Source of the DNA: Vicinamibacteria bacterium
Lineage (GTDB): Bacteria; Acidobacteriota; Vicinamibacteria; Marinacidobacterales; Marinacidobacteraceae
DNA length: 64,000 nucleotides
NCBI GenBank assembly: GCA_963668695.2
Contig: CAXXLQ010000004.1
Coordinates: forward strand, 2,976,001-3,040,000
Reading direction: 5' to 3'
Position 1 is the first letter of the stretch. Every line of letters starts with the position of its first letter. The position numbers were made by a program, and so were the translations under genes. This document shows positions 54,911 through 64,000 of this stretch, piece by piece. Below the pieces are notes generated by a model that worked only from the letters and a program-made list of their open reading frames with translations, ran no database searches and was not told the origin of the DNA.

Positions 54911-54946
54911 TCGCCGCCCGGAGGGCGGCGGAGCCCGCTTCCCGGC

Positions 54947-55345
54947 TTACCGGCGCGCGTCGAAACGGTTCAGATGTCCAGGCCAATCGAGAATCCGGCG
55001 GTCCGCGGTCATGAGCTGATTACCCTCAAGCGCGGTTGCGACGATGATCCGGTCCGCGGGATCACCGTGCAGGTCGGACAGGAGTCCCGCTCGAATGGCG
55101 GCGCCACCGTCCATGGGAAGCTCAACGAGCCCAGATTCCAGGAGGCGAACACGCCATGCATACAGATCGAAGGGTAGGTTGAGGTGGCCCTTCTGGACGC
55201 GCATTGCCACCTCCCAAAAGGAAATGCTCGAAAGAGCCACTTCCCCCGGGGGCCAGCGCTTCTCGATGATTCGCCGGGCCTTCGGTCCGAGCCGCTGGTC
55301 GTCCATCAACAACCAGAGGATGACGTGGGTGTCGAGAAGGATCAA
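54947..55345 (-). CDS. vapC: VapC/PIN domain toxin
   Basis: TTG start overlapping the antitoxin stop; ILLDTHVILW, SSISFWEV, HGDPADRIIVATA, LMTAD. Confidence 0.92.
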   Translation of the reverse strand: MILLDTHVILWLLMDDQRLGPKARRIIEKRWPPGEVALSSISFWEVAMRVQKGHLNLPFDLYAWRVRLLESGLVELPMDGGAAIRAGLLSDLHGDPADRIIVATALEGNQLMTADRRILDWPGHLNRFDARR

Positions 55346-55623
55346 AACAGATCGTCTTCGTCCTCGGCCGGCTCTTCGAACCATTCGGCGGGCATAGGGG
55401 AGACGATGTCGCCCAGAACACGAATCCGGTCTCGATCCTGACCGAACGGAGCCTTCAGTTCGCGCATGTACGGGGTGAGTCGAGAGACAGGACGCCCGTT
55501 CTTCGTGATGACGATTTCCTGGCCGGTTTCGGCCACCTCGTCCATGAGCTTCAGGCATCTGGCCTTGAACTCGGATGCCTTTATGGTTCGGGTTGCGGTC
55601 GTTTGCGGTTCATGCCGATCCAT
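55342..55623 (-). CDS. Phd/YefM family antitoxin
   Basis: IKASEFKARCLKLMDEVAETGQEIVITKNGRPVSRL; acidic C-terminal tail. Confidence 0.92.
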   Translation of the reverse strand: MDRHEPQTTATRTIKASEFKARCLKLMDEVAETGQEIVITKNGRPVSRLTPYMRELKAPFGQDRDRIRVLGDIVSPMPAEWFEEPAEDEDDLF

Positions 55624-55640
55624 TGCAATGCTCCCGGATT

Positions 55641-55680
55641 GTGACCACTATTCTACATGGTCATGACCATGGTCACATGG
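55641..55680 (-). promoter_or_regulatory. TA operon promoter/operator with TGACCA/TGGTCA half-sites
   Basis: Palindromes CATGGTCATGACCATG (55656-55671) and TGACCATGGTCA (55664-55675); TAGAAT -10 on the minus strand at 55650-55655. Confidence 0.7.
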
Positions 55681-55868
55681 TACTCATTTCCAGCGTGGAT
55701 CGGTTGAGGCAAGCGAGCGCGTCCGGCCCGCAAGCCTGATCCCGCCTCCCGGAAACCCTTCCCGCCCCAACCTCGCCCGCATCCCCGGGTTCGAATCGGA
55801 CCTGGGGCGGCGCGTCTGAATCCACCAGCTTCCGTCGAGGATGGCGGCGCCCCGACGTCGTCCCGAGC

Positions 55869-57062
55869 TCAGCGCACGAAGATGCTCTTCGGGATGTATC
55901 CGGTGACGACCTGCGTGAGGTCCACGACCTCGCTGACGCGGAAGTCCACCGCGATGCTTGCGAGTGAGAGCGCCTTGGCGGGGGAGAGCCCCTTTTCTTC
56001 GCCCAGGAACTCCACGACCTCCCAGGTCGCCGCCCGGGTGGCCCGGTCCAGGTCGAGATCGATCCCCATGACCATGTAGAAATCATCGTCTTCCGCCCAG
56101 GGCGAAGACGGGGCGCGGCCCTTGTGGACGGCGAACCGGAAAACACCACTCAGCGACTGCTCGATCGCGGTGCCGCTCACCTCGCCGTCCCCCTGGGCCC
56201 CGTGCGGATCCCCGGCATAGAAGAGGGCTCCGGGATGAAACACCGGGAGATACAGGGTGGTCCCCGCCTTGAGATCCTTCACGTCGAGGTTGCCGCCGAA
56301 GGGTCCCGGCGGACGCGAGCCCTGAACCCCGGGAACGGTCACCCCCGGCTCTCCCACCACCGGATCCGGGGCCACCGCCAGGACGCCCATGAAGGGCGCC
56401 AGGGGGACGTGGATGTCGTCCGAGAGGAAGGCGACTTCGCGGCCGTCCACCCATCCGGTCCGGATCAGATGGCGGGTCCCGGGAGGGATCTCGAACGCGG
56501 GGTCGTCTGGGCGGGCGCCTGGATAGCTCTCGGAAAAGACCCCGCCTCGGGCGGAGGTGTTGTTGACCCCCCACGGCACCCGGGTCTCGACCGAGAGGAT
56601 CTCGATCTCGAGCATGTCTCCGGGTTCGGCACCCTCGACGTACACCGGCCCGGTGATGACGTGGCCGCTCCGGCCCTCGCGAGGGCGGCTACCGCGGGAG
56701 GCCCAGAAGTCAAGGACATCCTGGTGGATTTCCTCGCGGGGCACGCCGAGGGCGGTGAGCCAGGCCACCGGCTCCTCATCCTGAACCGCACCGTTGTGGG
56801 TGAGGGTGTCCATTCGCACGGTCTCCCCGGGCCGGACCCGGAGCACGGGTTCCTTGTCGATCGGGAACCAGCCCCAGCTCGTGTTCTCGGGCGACGACGG
56901 GACGAAATGATCGGCCTCTACCGCGGCGGGCGGACCACTCCCAACCGGGGTCGCATCCTCGCCGACCCTGTCCGTTTCGGCCTCGGGAGGGGCACATCCG
57001 GCGGCAATCACCGCCGCCAGGACCCAGCCGGGGCCCGCCCGGAGTTTTCCGTTCCTTTGCAT
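55869..57062 (-). CDS. Acetamidase/formamidase family lipoprotein
   Basis: HVITGPVYVEGAEPGD, PFMG, GGNLD, LYLPV, GDPHGAQGDGEVSGTAIE. Confidence 0.92.
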   Translation of the reverse strand: MQRNGKLRAGPGWVLAAVIAAGCAPPEAETDRVGEDATPVGSGPPAAVEADHFVPSSPENTSWGWFPIDKEPVLRVRPGETVRMDTLTHNGAVQDEEPVAWLTALGVPREEIHQDVLDFWASRGSRPREGRSGHVITGPVYVEGAEPGDMLEIEILSVETRVPWGVNNTSARGGVFSESYPGARPDDPAFEIPPGTRHLIRTGWVDGREVAFLSDDIHVPLAPFMGVLAVAPDPVVGEPGVTVPGVQGSRPPGPFGGNLDVKDLKAGTTLYLPVFHPGALFYAGDPHGAQGDGEVSGTAIEQSLSGVFRFAVHKGRAPSSPWAEDDDFYMVMGIDLDLDRATRAATWEVVEFLGEEKGLSPAKALSLASIAVDFRVSEVVDLTQVVTGYIPKSIFVR

Positions 57063-57074
57063 CGGCGACGCTCC

Positions 57075-58748
57075 TCAGCGGCCCCGTTCGGCGGCGGCCG
57101 ACCCCGTGCGCATCCCCCGGTTCGGGCCGGTGAAGTCCGGCTGGACGTCCGAATCCGCGAGATCCCAGGCCATCTGGTAGACGAGCCGGACGATCCGTTC
57201 CATCTTCTCGTATTCGATCTTCTCCGGCCGGTCGTAGATCGTGTGGTAGTCGGGGTGGAGCCCGGTGTGGAAGAAGAGGGCGGGGACCCCGGTCTGCAGG
57301 AACGGCCACTGATCGCTGCGGCGGAGCAGGTTGGAAACGTTGTTGTCGTAGTCCATCTTGAGATCGAGTTCGGATTCCCGGTTCGCCGAGCGCACCATCT
57401 CGGTCATGGTGCGGCTGTAGCTGTGGCCGAGGATGTTCACGGCGTTCGCGTTCGACTCGGCGGTCTGCGGCTCGAGACCCCGGAAGCGCCGCCCGCCGCC
57501 ACGCCGGACCTCCTCGTTCCTCCCGATCATGTCCATGTTGAGCACCGCAACCGTCTGCTCGAGGGGATGGAGGGGGTTCAGCGTGTAGGCCCAGGCTCCG
57601 AGCAATCCCCGCTCCTCCGAGTTCCAGGCGGCGATCAGGATGGAACGCCGGGGCCGATGGCCGGCGGCGGCGGCGCGCCCGAGCGCCTCGGCGATCTCGA
57701 TCAGGCCCACCGTTCCGGAGCCGTCGTCGTCGGCGCCCGCCCAGATCAAGTTGCCGTCGGCGCCGTCGTGGTCATAGTGGGCCGAGATGACGACCCACTC
57801 GTCGGGGGCCTCCGCTCCGCGCAGGAGACCGACCACGTTGCGGTCCGGGACGGTGGTGCGCTCGACCGCGGTGGTGAGCCGGACGCGGGTGTCGAGGAGC
57901 AACGGTTCGCTCATGCCGCGCTCGGCCATCGCTCCCAGCGCGGCGAGCGTCTGGCCGCTTCCCGCGAGGAGTATTTCCGCCACCCGGGGGGAGATCACCG
58001 CAGCCGGGATTTCCACCGACTCGACCCAGTCGGCGAGCGTGATCCGGGGAACCCGGCGCGGTGGGTCCGGCCAAGTGCCCCGTGCGCCGGCCGCGAAGTC
58101 GAAGTCCTCGGGGTGTTGGTGGACATCGCGCACGAACAGGACTCCCGCCGCCCCGGCCTGAGCGGCGGCGACCGCCTTCCGGAAAGGACGGGAGACCTCC
58201 GAGGTGACGACCCCGTCGAAGAGGCTCGCCGGGTCCGCCTCCCCGGGCTCGTGGTCGAGGATGATGGCAACGCGACCGTCCATTCCGGCGCCTTCCCAGT
58301 CGTCCCACCCGAAGTCGGGCGCCCGGATCCCGAAGCCGGCGAAGGCCAAGGCGCCCTCCGCACTCGCAGCGGGCGAGAAGCGCTGCGGGTAGAAGCCCTC
58401 CCCGAGCTGCACCGCCTGGGTGACGTCTCCCAGGATTTCCAGCCGGTTCCCGCTGCCGAGCGCGCTGTGCGCGAGACGGTATTGCTGGAAGAAGGAACCG
58501 CCGGGAGGCTCGAGTCCGGCCCGCGCAAAGCGGCTCGCGACGAACTCGGCGGCCAGGTGGTTTTCCGGCGTCTCGCTGAGTCGCCCCTGCATGCCGTCGG
58601 AAGCGAGGAAGAACAGGTCGGCGCGTAGATCGGCGGCGGTGATCGATTCCACCTCGGGCGCCGGCGGACGCTCGGACTGGCTCCAGACGAGCGGAGCGAC
58701 GAGGATCTGGAGCGCGACCAGCGCGCTGCAACGGGGATGGTTTCGCAT
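57075..58748 (-). CDS. M28 family peptidase with PA domain
   Basis: LASDGMQGR, SAHYDH, GADDDGSG, SEERGLLG, NMDMIGR, RSDQ, HPDYH. Confidence 0.92.
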   Translation of the reverse strand: MRNHPRCSALVALQILVAPLVWSQSERPPAPEVESITAADLRADLFFLASDGMQGRLSETPENHLAAEFVASRFARAGLEPPGGSFFQQYRLAHSALGSGNRLEILGDVTQAVQLGEGFYPQRFSPAASAEGALAFAGFGIRAPDFGWDDWEGAGMDGRVAIILDHEPGEADPASLFDGVVTSEVSRPFRKAVAAAQAGAAGVLFVRDVHQHPEDFDFAAGARGTWPDPPRRVPRITLADWVESVEIPAAVISPRVAEILLAGSGQTLAALGAMAERGMSEPLLLDTRVRLTTAVERTTVPDRNVVGLLRGAEAPDEWVVISAHYDHDGADGNLIWAGADDDGSGTVGLIEIAEALGRAAAAGHRPRRSILIAAWNSEERGLLGAWAYTLNPLHPLEQTVAVLNMDMIGRNEEVRRGGGRRFRGLEPQTAESNANAVNILGHSYSRTMTEMVRSANRESELDLKMDYDNNVSNLLRRSDQWPFLQTGVPALFFHTGLHPDYHTIYDRPEKIEYEKMERIVRLVYQMAWDLADSDVQPDFTGPNRGMRTGSAAAERGR

Positions 58749-58844
58749 CGTGATCCCTCCCGAAGGGCGGAGCGAGTCTATCCGGCGCCCCGGAGGCGGC
58801 GTCAGCGAGGGAAGCGCCGGCCGGGGCGGATAGGATTTCCCGCC

Positions 58845-61028
58845 ATGAGCCGCTTCCCGCTTTCCGTTCTCTTCTTAATTTCTGCCGTCGCACTTGCGGT
58901 GACCGCGTCAGCTCAGTCGGGCGACCCGGCCCGGGGATTCCTCGGTGGGCAATGGGACGAACAGCGGGAGCTGGAGGAACGTTTCCGGGCGGTTCCCGAT
59001 CCGGCCCGGCTCCGGGAGTACATGGAGTTCATGACCGAAGAGCCCCACATCGCCGGGCTCGGTCATGGCAGCAAGCGGGTAGCCGAGTACGCGCTCGAGA
59101 AGTTCCGGTCCTTCGGCCTCGACGCGGAGATCGAAATCACCGAGGCGCTCATGCCGCTGCCGATTGATCGGCACGTCGAGGTCATCGGGCCCGAGCCCTA
59201 CACGCTGCGGCTGTCCGAGCCCGGGGTCCCCGATGACAAGGACTCCTCCGACGAGGGGCGGCTTCTGACTTACAACGCCTACGCCGCCGACGGAGACGTC
59301 ACCGGGGAAGTGGTCTATGTGAATTACGGAATCCCGGAGGACTACGAAAAGCTCGCGGAACTCGGGATCTCGGTCGAAGGGAAGATCGCGCTCGCCCGCT
59401 ACGGCCGGAGCTGGCGCGGCATCAAGGCGAAGCTCGCGCAGGACAACGGGGCGATCGGGGCGCTGATCTACTCCGATCCCGAGGAAGACGGCTACTACCA
59501 GGGACTCACCTATCCAGAAGGCCCCTACCGACCCAAGTGGGGGGTGCAGCGCGGCTCCATCATGGACATGCCGGTGCACCCGGGCGATCCGCTGACCCCG
59601 GGCTGGGGAGCGACGGAGGACCGCGAGAAGTTGACTCAGGAGACCGCCCGGACTCTGGTGCGGATTCCGGTTCTCCCAATCTCCTGGGGGGACGCCCTCC
59701 CCATCCTGGAACAGCTCCGCGGCACCGCGGCACCGAATGACGACTGGAAGGGCGCGCTCCCGATTCCGTATCACATCGGTCCGGGTCCCACGACACTCCG
59801 GATGCGCACCGCCTACGACTGGCAGGTGCGTCCCATCTACAACGTGATCGCGCGGATCGAAGGTTCGACGTATCCCGACGAGTGGATCATTCACGGCAAC
59901 CACCACGACGGCTGGTCCGTCGGAGCCACCGATCCGATCAGCGGCGCGGTCCAGCTCATGGAGACCGCCCGCGGCTTCGGCGAACTCCTGAAGGCCGGAA
60001 TCCGCCCCCGCCGCACCGTCGTTTTCGCACTCTGGGACGCCGAGGAGTGGGGTCTGCTCGGATCCACCGAATGGGCCGAGACGCACCGGGACGAACTCCG
60101 AGAAAAGGGCGTCGTGTACATCAACTCCGACAGCACCGGGAAGGGCTGGCTCGGCATGGCGGGAAGCCACACCCTGCAGCGCTTCCTGAACGAGGTGGCG
60201 CGCGACATCGAGGACCCTGAGCGGGGCATGAGCGTGTTCGAGGCCGCGCGAGCCCGCCAGCTCGAGACCGCCGCGAATCCCGAACTGCGGCAGGAGATCG
60301 AGCAAAGCGATGACCTCCGGTTGGCCGCCCTCGGATCGGGCTCCGACTACACGGTGTTCATCGATCACCTGACCATGGCGTCCCTGAACCTCGGCTTCGG
60401 CGGCGACAGCCCGGGAGGCGTGTACCACTCGAACTACGACTCGTTCCACTGGTACCTGAACTTCTCGGACGGTGATTTCGTGTTCGGGCGGGCCCTCTCC
60501 CAGTTGATCGGGACCGCGATCCTGCGGCTCGCGAACGCAGCGATCCTCCCGTTCGGATTCACCGACCTCGCGGACGCGATGCGGACCTACGTGAAGGAGA
60601 TCCGCGAGACGCACGCCGCGATGGAGTCACCGGAAGAGATTGATTTCGAGGCCCTGGAGAGCGCACTCGAGGCTCTCGAAGAGGCGGGGCAGGGGTACGA
60701 GGAGGCGCTCGCCGGCCTCAGCGATGCTTCGGCAGAAGCGGTGCTGGGCAACGCCCGCGTTTCCGAACTCAACCAGCTCCTCTACACCTCCGAACGCCGC
60801 CTCGGCTCCGACGAGGGGCTGCCCAACCGGGAGTGGTTTCGCCATCAGGTCTATGCGCCCGGCTTCTATACCGGCTACGGGGTGAAGACGATCCCTGGCG
60901 TCCGCGAAGGCATCGAGGAGGAGGAGTGGGAAGCCGCCCGCTTCTACGTGCGGGTGGTGGGCGAGGCCCTTTCTTCTCTCACGGAACAGGTCCGCCAAGC
61001 GGAACGGATCGTCGCGGATCTCCGCTGA
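58845..61028 (+). CDS. M28B glutamate carboxypeptidase II-like peptidase with transferrin-receptor-like dimerisation domain
   Basis: VYVNYG, VQRGS, GNHHDGW, GATDPISG, WDAEEWGLLGSTEW, LGSGSDY, YHSNYD, WFRHQVYAPG. Confidence 0.92.
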   Translation: MSRFPLSVLFLISAVALAVTASAQSGDPARGFLGGQWDEQRELEERFRAVPDPARLREYMEFMTEEPHIAGLGHGSKRVAEYALEKFRSFGLDAEIEITEALMPLPIDRHVEVIGPEPYTLRLSEPGVPDDKDSSDEGRLLTYNAYAADGDVTGEVVYVNYGIPEDYEKLAELGISVEGKIALARYGRSWRGIKAKLAQDNGAIGALIYSDPEEDGYYQGLTYPEGPYRPKWGVQRGSIMDMPVHPGDPLTPGWGATEDREKLTQETARTLVRIPVLPISWGDALPILEQLRGTAAPNDDWKGALPIPYHIGPGPTTLRMRTAYDWQVRPIYNVIARIEGSTYPDEWIIHGNHHDGWSVGATDPISGAVQLMETARGFGELLKAGIRPRRTVVFALWDAEEWGLLGSTEWAETHRDELREKGVVYINSDSTGKGWLGMAGSHTLQRFLNEVARDIEDPERGMSVFEAARARQLETAANPELRQEIEQSDDLRLAALGSGSDYTVFIDHLTMASLNLGFGGDSPGGVYHSNYDSFHWYLNFSDGDFVFGRALSQLIGTAILRLANAAILPFGFTDLADAMRTYVKEIRETHAAMESPEEIDFEALESALEALEEAGQGYEEALAGLSDASAEAVLGNARVSELNQLLYTSERRLGSDEGLPNREWFRHQVYAPGFYTGYGVKTIPGVREGIEEEEWEAARFYVRVVGEALSSLTEQVRQAERIVADLR

Positions 61029-61117
61029 AGCCGGATCGCTGCTCGGGACCCGTTTGGGCCGCCCGATGGTCCTGGGCGGCCCGAGGTGACGCCGTCTTCG
61101 GCTGATCCCCGCGTCGA

Positions 61118-62026
61118 ATGCGCAAGTTCCTGGCGTTCGCCGCCGTCTATCTGATCTGGGGATCCACCTATCTCGCGATCAGCGTCGGGGTCCGGGATGT
61201 GCCGCCCTTCCTGATGGCCGGAGTCCGCTTCCTGACCGCTGGAGCGATTCTTTTTCTCTTCGCGAGGCGCGGAGAAGCGCCCCTCACGCGACGGGAATGG
61301 GCGGAAGCAGGGCTCGCCGGGCTCCTCTTCTTCACCTCGGCCCACGGCCTCGGGCACTGGGCCCAGGTTCGCATTCCGTCGGGCGTCGCCGCGGTGCTGG
61401 TGGCGACGGTGGTCTTCTGGATCACTGGCCTGGACGCCGCGTTCGTAACCCGCCGCCTACCCAAGGCGATTCCCGTGCTCTGCATTCTGGCCGGTTTTGG
61501 CGGGGTGGTGGTGCTGGTTGCACCCTGGCGTTCGGAGGCAGGGCTCGATCCGGCGGGAGTCATTGCGATGCTGGCGGCCCCAATCGCCTGGGCGACGGCG
61601 AGTCTCTGGTCGCGTCGGGCCACGATGCCCCGCTGCCTCCCGCTCTCGGCGGGTGCGCAGATGCTCGTTGGGGGGGCCGCCCTGCTTTTGGTGGGGACCG
61701 CCGCCGGGAACTGGCAGGCGCTCTCGCTATCGGAGGTCGGCCTGCCCGCTCTCGGTGCCTTGCTCTACCTCGTCGTGTTCGGCTCCATCGTGGCGTTTGT
61801 CGCTTACACCTGGCTCCTTTCCCACGTTGAACCCGCGCTGGCCACCACCTACGCCTTCGTCAACCCGCTGATCGCCGTCCTGCTGGGATGGCTGATTCTG
61901 AGCGAGGAACTTTCGCCCCGGATGTGGCTCGCGCTCGCCTTGATCGTGATGCCCGTGGCGCTCTTGCAGTGGAACGAGGCGCGGCTCCGGGCGGCCATCG
62001 CGGTCGGCCTTCGGGGCCCGGCCTAA
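61118..62026 (+). CDS. EamA/DMT family transporter (YedA-like)
   Basis: VYLIWGSTYLAI, PPFLMAGVRF, PSGVAA, GSIVAFVAY.WLL, TYAFVNP; about ten TM helices. Confidence 0.92.
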   Translation: MRKFLAFAAVYLIWGSTYLAISVGVRDVPPFLMAGVRFLTAGAILFLFARRGEAPLTRREWAEAGLAGLLFFTSAHGLGHWAQVRIPSGVAAVLVATVVFWITGLDAAFVTRRLPKAIPVLCILAGFGGVVVLVAPWRSEAGLDPAGVIAMLAAPIAWATASLWSRRATMPRCLPLSAGAQMLVGGAALLLVGTAAGNWQALSLSEVGLPALGALLYLVVFGSIVAFVAYTWLLSHVEPALATTYAFVNPLIAVLLGWLILSEELSPRMWLALALIVMPVALLQWNEARLRAAIAVGLRGPA

Positions 62027-62113
62027 CCACCACCTCGGGGACTGCTGCACACGGCGGACGCCGCCCGGCGCCCGCGTCGGCCCGGCTTCCGCTAGCGCCG
62101 GATGCGCGCTGGA

Positions 62114-63211
62114 TCAGAAGAGAAACTTGTGGTCGAAGTCCGGGATGCGGCCCGCCTCGATGAGGACAATCCAATCCCGAAGATCGTCCTCACCGCGCTC
62201 CCAAAGATCCAGGCACAGCTCCAGGTAGCGCAGCACCGTCTCGGTCTCTCCACGCTCCAGCAGGGCCTTGGCGAGCGCCATGTCCGGCCCTCCGTACCTC
62301 CGTGGTGGAGCCCCCTGCGTTCGCGCTGCCGCAAGGAGCCGGGCGCCGGCCTCTTCCTGGTTGCCTTCAGCCAAGGCGATGCGACCCAAGACGAGGTTCG
62401 CATAGTGAATGTAGGTCCCCTTGTTTCGATCGCCCGCAAACGCAGCGAGCATGGCCTCTGCATAGCCGCTGGCTTTCTCTAACGCGCCCGCGGCAAAGGC
62501 GGCTACTGCGAGATCCGGCATCAGGTCTGCGCAGCCCTCCGCATCTGACAGTTCATAGGCGCGCTCGAAGTCGGCGAGCGCCAGGGCAGCGGTCGCGGCG
62601 TCGGTGTCTTCATAGGGATTGTGGGCCTCGCGCCAGCGATTGCGCCCCAGTTGCCGGGCCCAATACGGATTCGAAGGTTCGAGCGCCTCGGCGCGTCCGA
62701 GGAATTCAACCGCCAGATTCTTGTCGCTCAAACTCAGGAAGCGCGACGCATGCCTTAGCAGCACGACGTTCTCGGATTCGTCATCGATCAGTCGCAGCCA
62801 CGCCTGTTTCGCCGCCGCGTAACCCTCGGGGTCAAAGAAGGGCACGATGCGCGCTGCGGCGCTTTCGAAGAGTTCCGACTCGGGAGCGTTCCGGATGAAC
62901 CAGAGAAGGTGCCGCGAGTGCTCTTCCGAGGCTGATCGCTGCTGCGCACGGTAGTAGCCAAGGAGCTGGGAGCGGGCGACCAGGTTCTGAGGGTTCTCAG
63001 TGAGTTGCTGTTCAAGCGCGGCGGCCTGCATCGCCGTGAGTTCCGCGCCCTTGATCGCTTCCTCGCGGAGGTCCTGAGCCGACGCCGGCGTCGCGATCAG
63101 CGCCAAGATCACCAGTGCGCAGGCAACGCGCCGCCATCCGAGTGACCGGGTGAGCCTCCCCACGAAGAAATGCCGGGATAGCCGCTGTCTCGTGAGCATG
63201 GGGGTAAACAT
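62114..63211 (-). CDS. Secreted TPR-like helical protein
   Basis: Signal peptide ending ASA-Q; ARSQLLGYY, HLLWFIRNAP, HYANLVLGRIAL, GPDMALAKALLERGE, LCLDLW. TGATG overlap with the upstream paralog; alternative start at 63199. Confidence 0.8.
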   Translation of the reverse strand: MFTPMLTRQRLSRHFFVGRLTRSLGWRRVACALVILALIATPASAQDLREEAIKGAELTAMQAAALEQQLTENPQNLVARSQLLGYYRAQQRSASEEHSRHLLWFIRNAPESELFESAAARIVPFFDPEGYAAAKQAWLRLIDDESENVVLLRHASRFLSLSDKNLAVEFLGRAEALEPSNPYWARQLGRNRWREAHNPYEDTDAATAALALADFERAYELSDAEGCADLMPDLAVAAFAAGALEKASGYAEAMLAAFAGDRNKGTYIHYANLVLGRIALAEGNQEEAGARLLAAARTQGAPPRRYGGPDMALAKALLERGETETVLRYLELCLDLWERGEDDLRDWIVLIEAGRIPDFDHKFLF

Positions 63212-64000
63212 CAGAAGTGGAGGTTGAAGCTGAAGTCGGGTGTCCGTCCGGCCTCGATGAGAACGATCCACTCTTTCAGTCGGCCGCGGTCCATTTCCCA
63301 GAAGTTTCCGCACAACTCCAGATACCGCACCACCGCCCGAGTTTCTCCGTGCTCGAGCAGCTTCTTGGCGAGCGCCATATCCGGCCCGAAGGAATTCAAC
63401 TGGGACGACCCGGGAGTCTGGCCCGCTGCAATCAGGCGGGCGCGGGCCTCTTCCAAATCACCGTCTGCAAGAGCGAGCCGGCCCAGAATCAGGTTGCCGT
63501 AGTGAATTCGGTTTCCCCCATTCCAGTCGTCGGGGATCGCTTTGAGCATGGCCTCGGCGTAGCCGCGGGCCTTCTCCATTCCGCCGGCGACGAAGGCGGT
63601 CTTCCCTAGATCGTCCAGCAAGCTGCCGCGCTCCAACGCGCTCGCGAGTTCGTAGGCGCGCTCGAAGTCGGCAAGGGCGAGGGCGGCGCCGTCACGGTCC
63701 GATCCCTCAAACGGGTTGTGGGCTTCCAGCCAACGCAAATGCCCACGCTCTTGCGCCCAATGCGGGTTCGACGGATCGAGCTCCCCGCCCCGTGCCAGCA
63801 GTTGGCTGGAAAGCGCGGTATCCGTAAGAGCGAAGAAGTTGGCGGCGTGTTTCAGGAACACCGCATTCCTCGGCTCGTTCTCCAATTGCCTGAGCCAGGC
63901 CTCCTTCGCCTCCGCGTAACCCTCGGGGTCGAACATCGCCATGATTTCTGTTTCCGGCCACTCCAGCACTTCCGATTCGGGAGCGTTCCGGATGAACCAG
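63211..64000 (-). CDS. TPR-like helical protein, tandem paralog (5' end outside the window)
   Basis: LWFIRNAPESE-like region at the edge, WNGGNRIHYGNLILGRLAL, LNSFGPDMALAKKLLEHGE, GRTPDF. Confidence 0.8.
   Translation of the reverse strand, partial: WFIRNAPESEVLEWPETEIMAMFDPEGYAEAKEAWLRQLENEPRNAVFLKHAANFFALTDTALSSQLLARGGELDPSNPHWAQERGHLRWLEAHNPFEGSDRDGAALALADFERAYELASALERGSLLDDLGKTAFVAGGMEKARGYAEAMLKAIPDDWNGGNRIHYGNLILGRLALADGDLEEARARLIAAGQTPGSSQLNSFGPDMALAKKLLEHGETRAVVRYLELCGNFWEMDRGRLKEWIVLIEAGRTPDFSFNLHF

Noticed and set aside
1-64000. tRNA, rRNA or riboswitch (e.g. SAM riboswitch upstream of yitJ)
   Set aside because: No recognisable conserved motifs by eye, and the yitJ upstream region is occupied by MITEs. 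An Infernal/Rfam scan would be needed to exclude them.

Overview
High-GC bacterial window. Gene content suggests an Acidobacteriota-like organism, which is inference only. Coding content: a partial VWA gene, yitJ, a di-heme cytochrome c peroxidase, a nine-gene DUF4159/VWA/TPR-peptidase/MoxR/DUF58/BatA operon, hflKC, many secreted hydrolases (three M28, two S9, a zinc metalloprotease, GGT, glycosylasparaginase, amidohydrolase, acetamidase), two spondin-domain lipoproteins behind a Fur-like palindrome, a GT4 + LuxE/EhpF-like + LuxC/ALDH-like + ABC gene set split by about 9.7 kb, a degenerate ExoIII-like gene, a Phd/VapC pair and tandem TPR-like genes. The most striking signal is non-coding. A MITE-like family has a 179-bp core, CAGCCTGTGG...CCACAGGCTG ends and YTAR-like 4-bp flanks, with 13 complete copies and 1 partial. 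It carries 0-4 copies of an invariant 18-bp module, CCAGTTCTCCCGGTGGGG (21 identical copies by my manual count). It nests within itself, often sits on stop codons, and is read in frame inside an amidohydrolase signal peptide. No transposase, tRNA, rRNA or CRISPR array was recognised. Coordinates and counts were read by hand.
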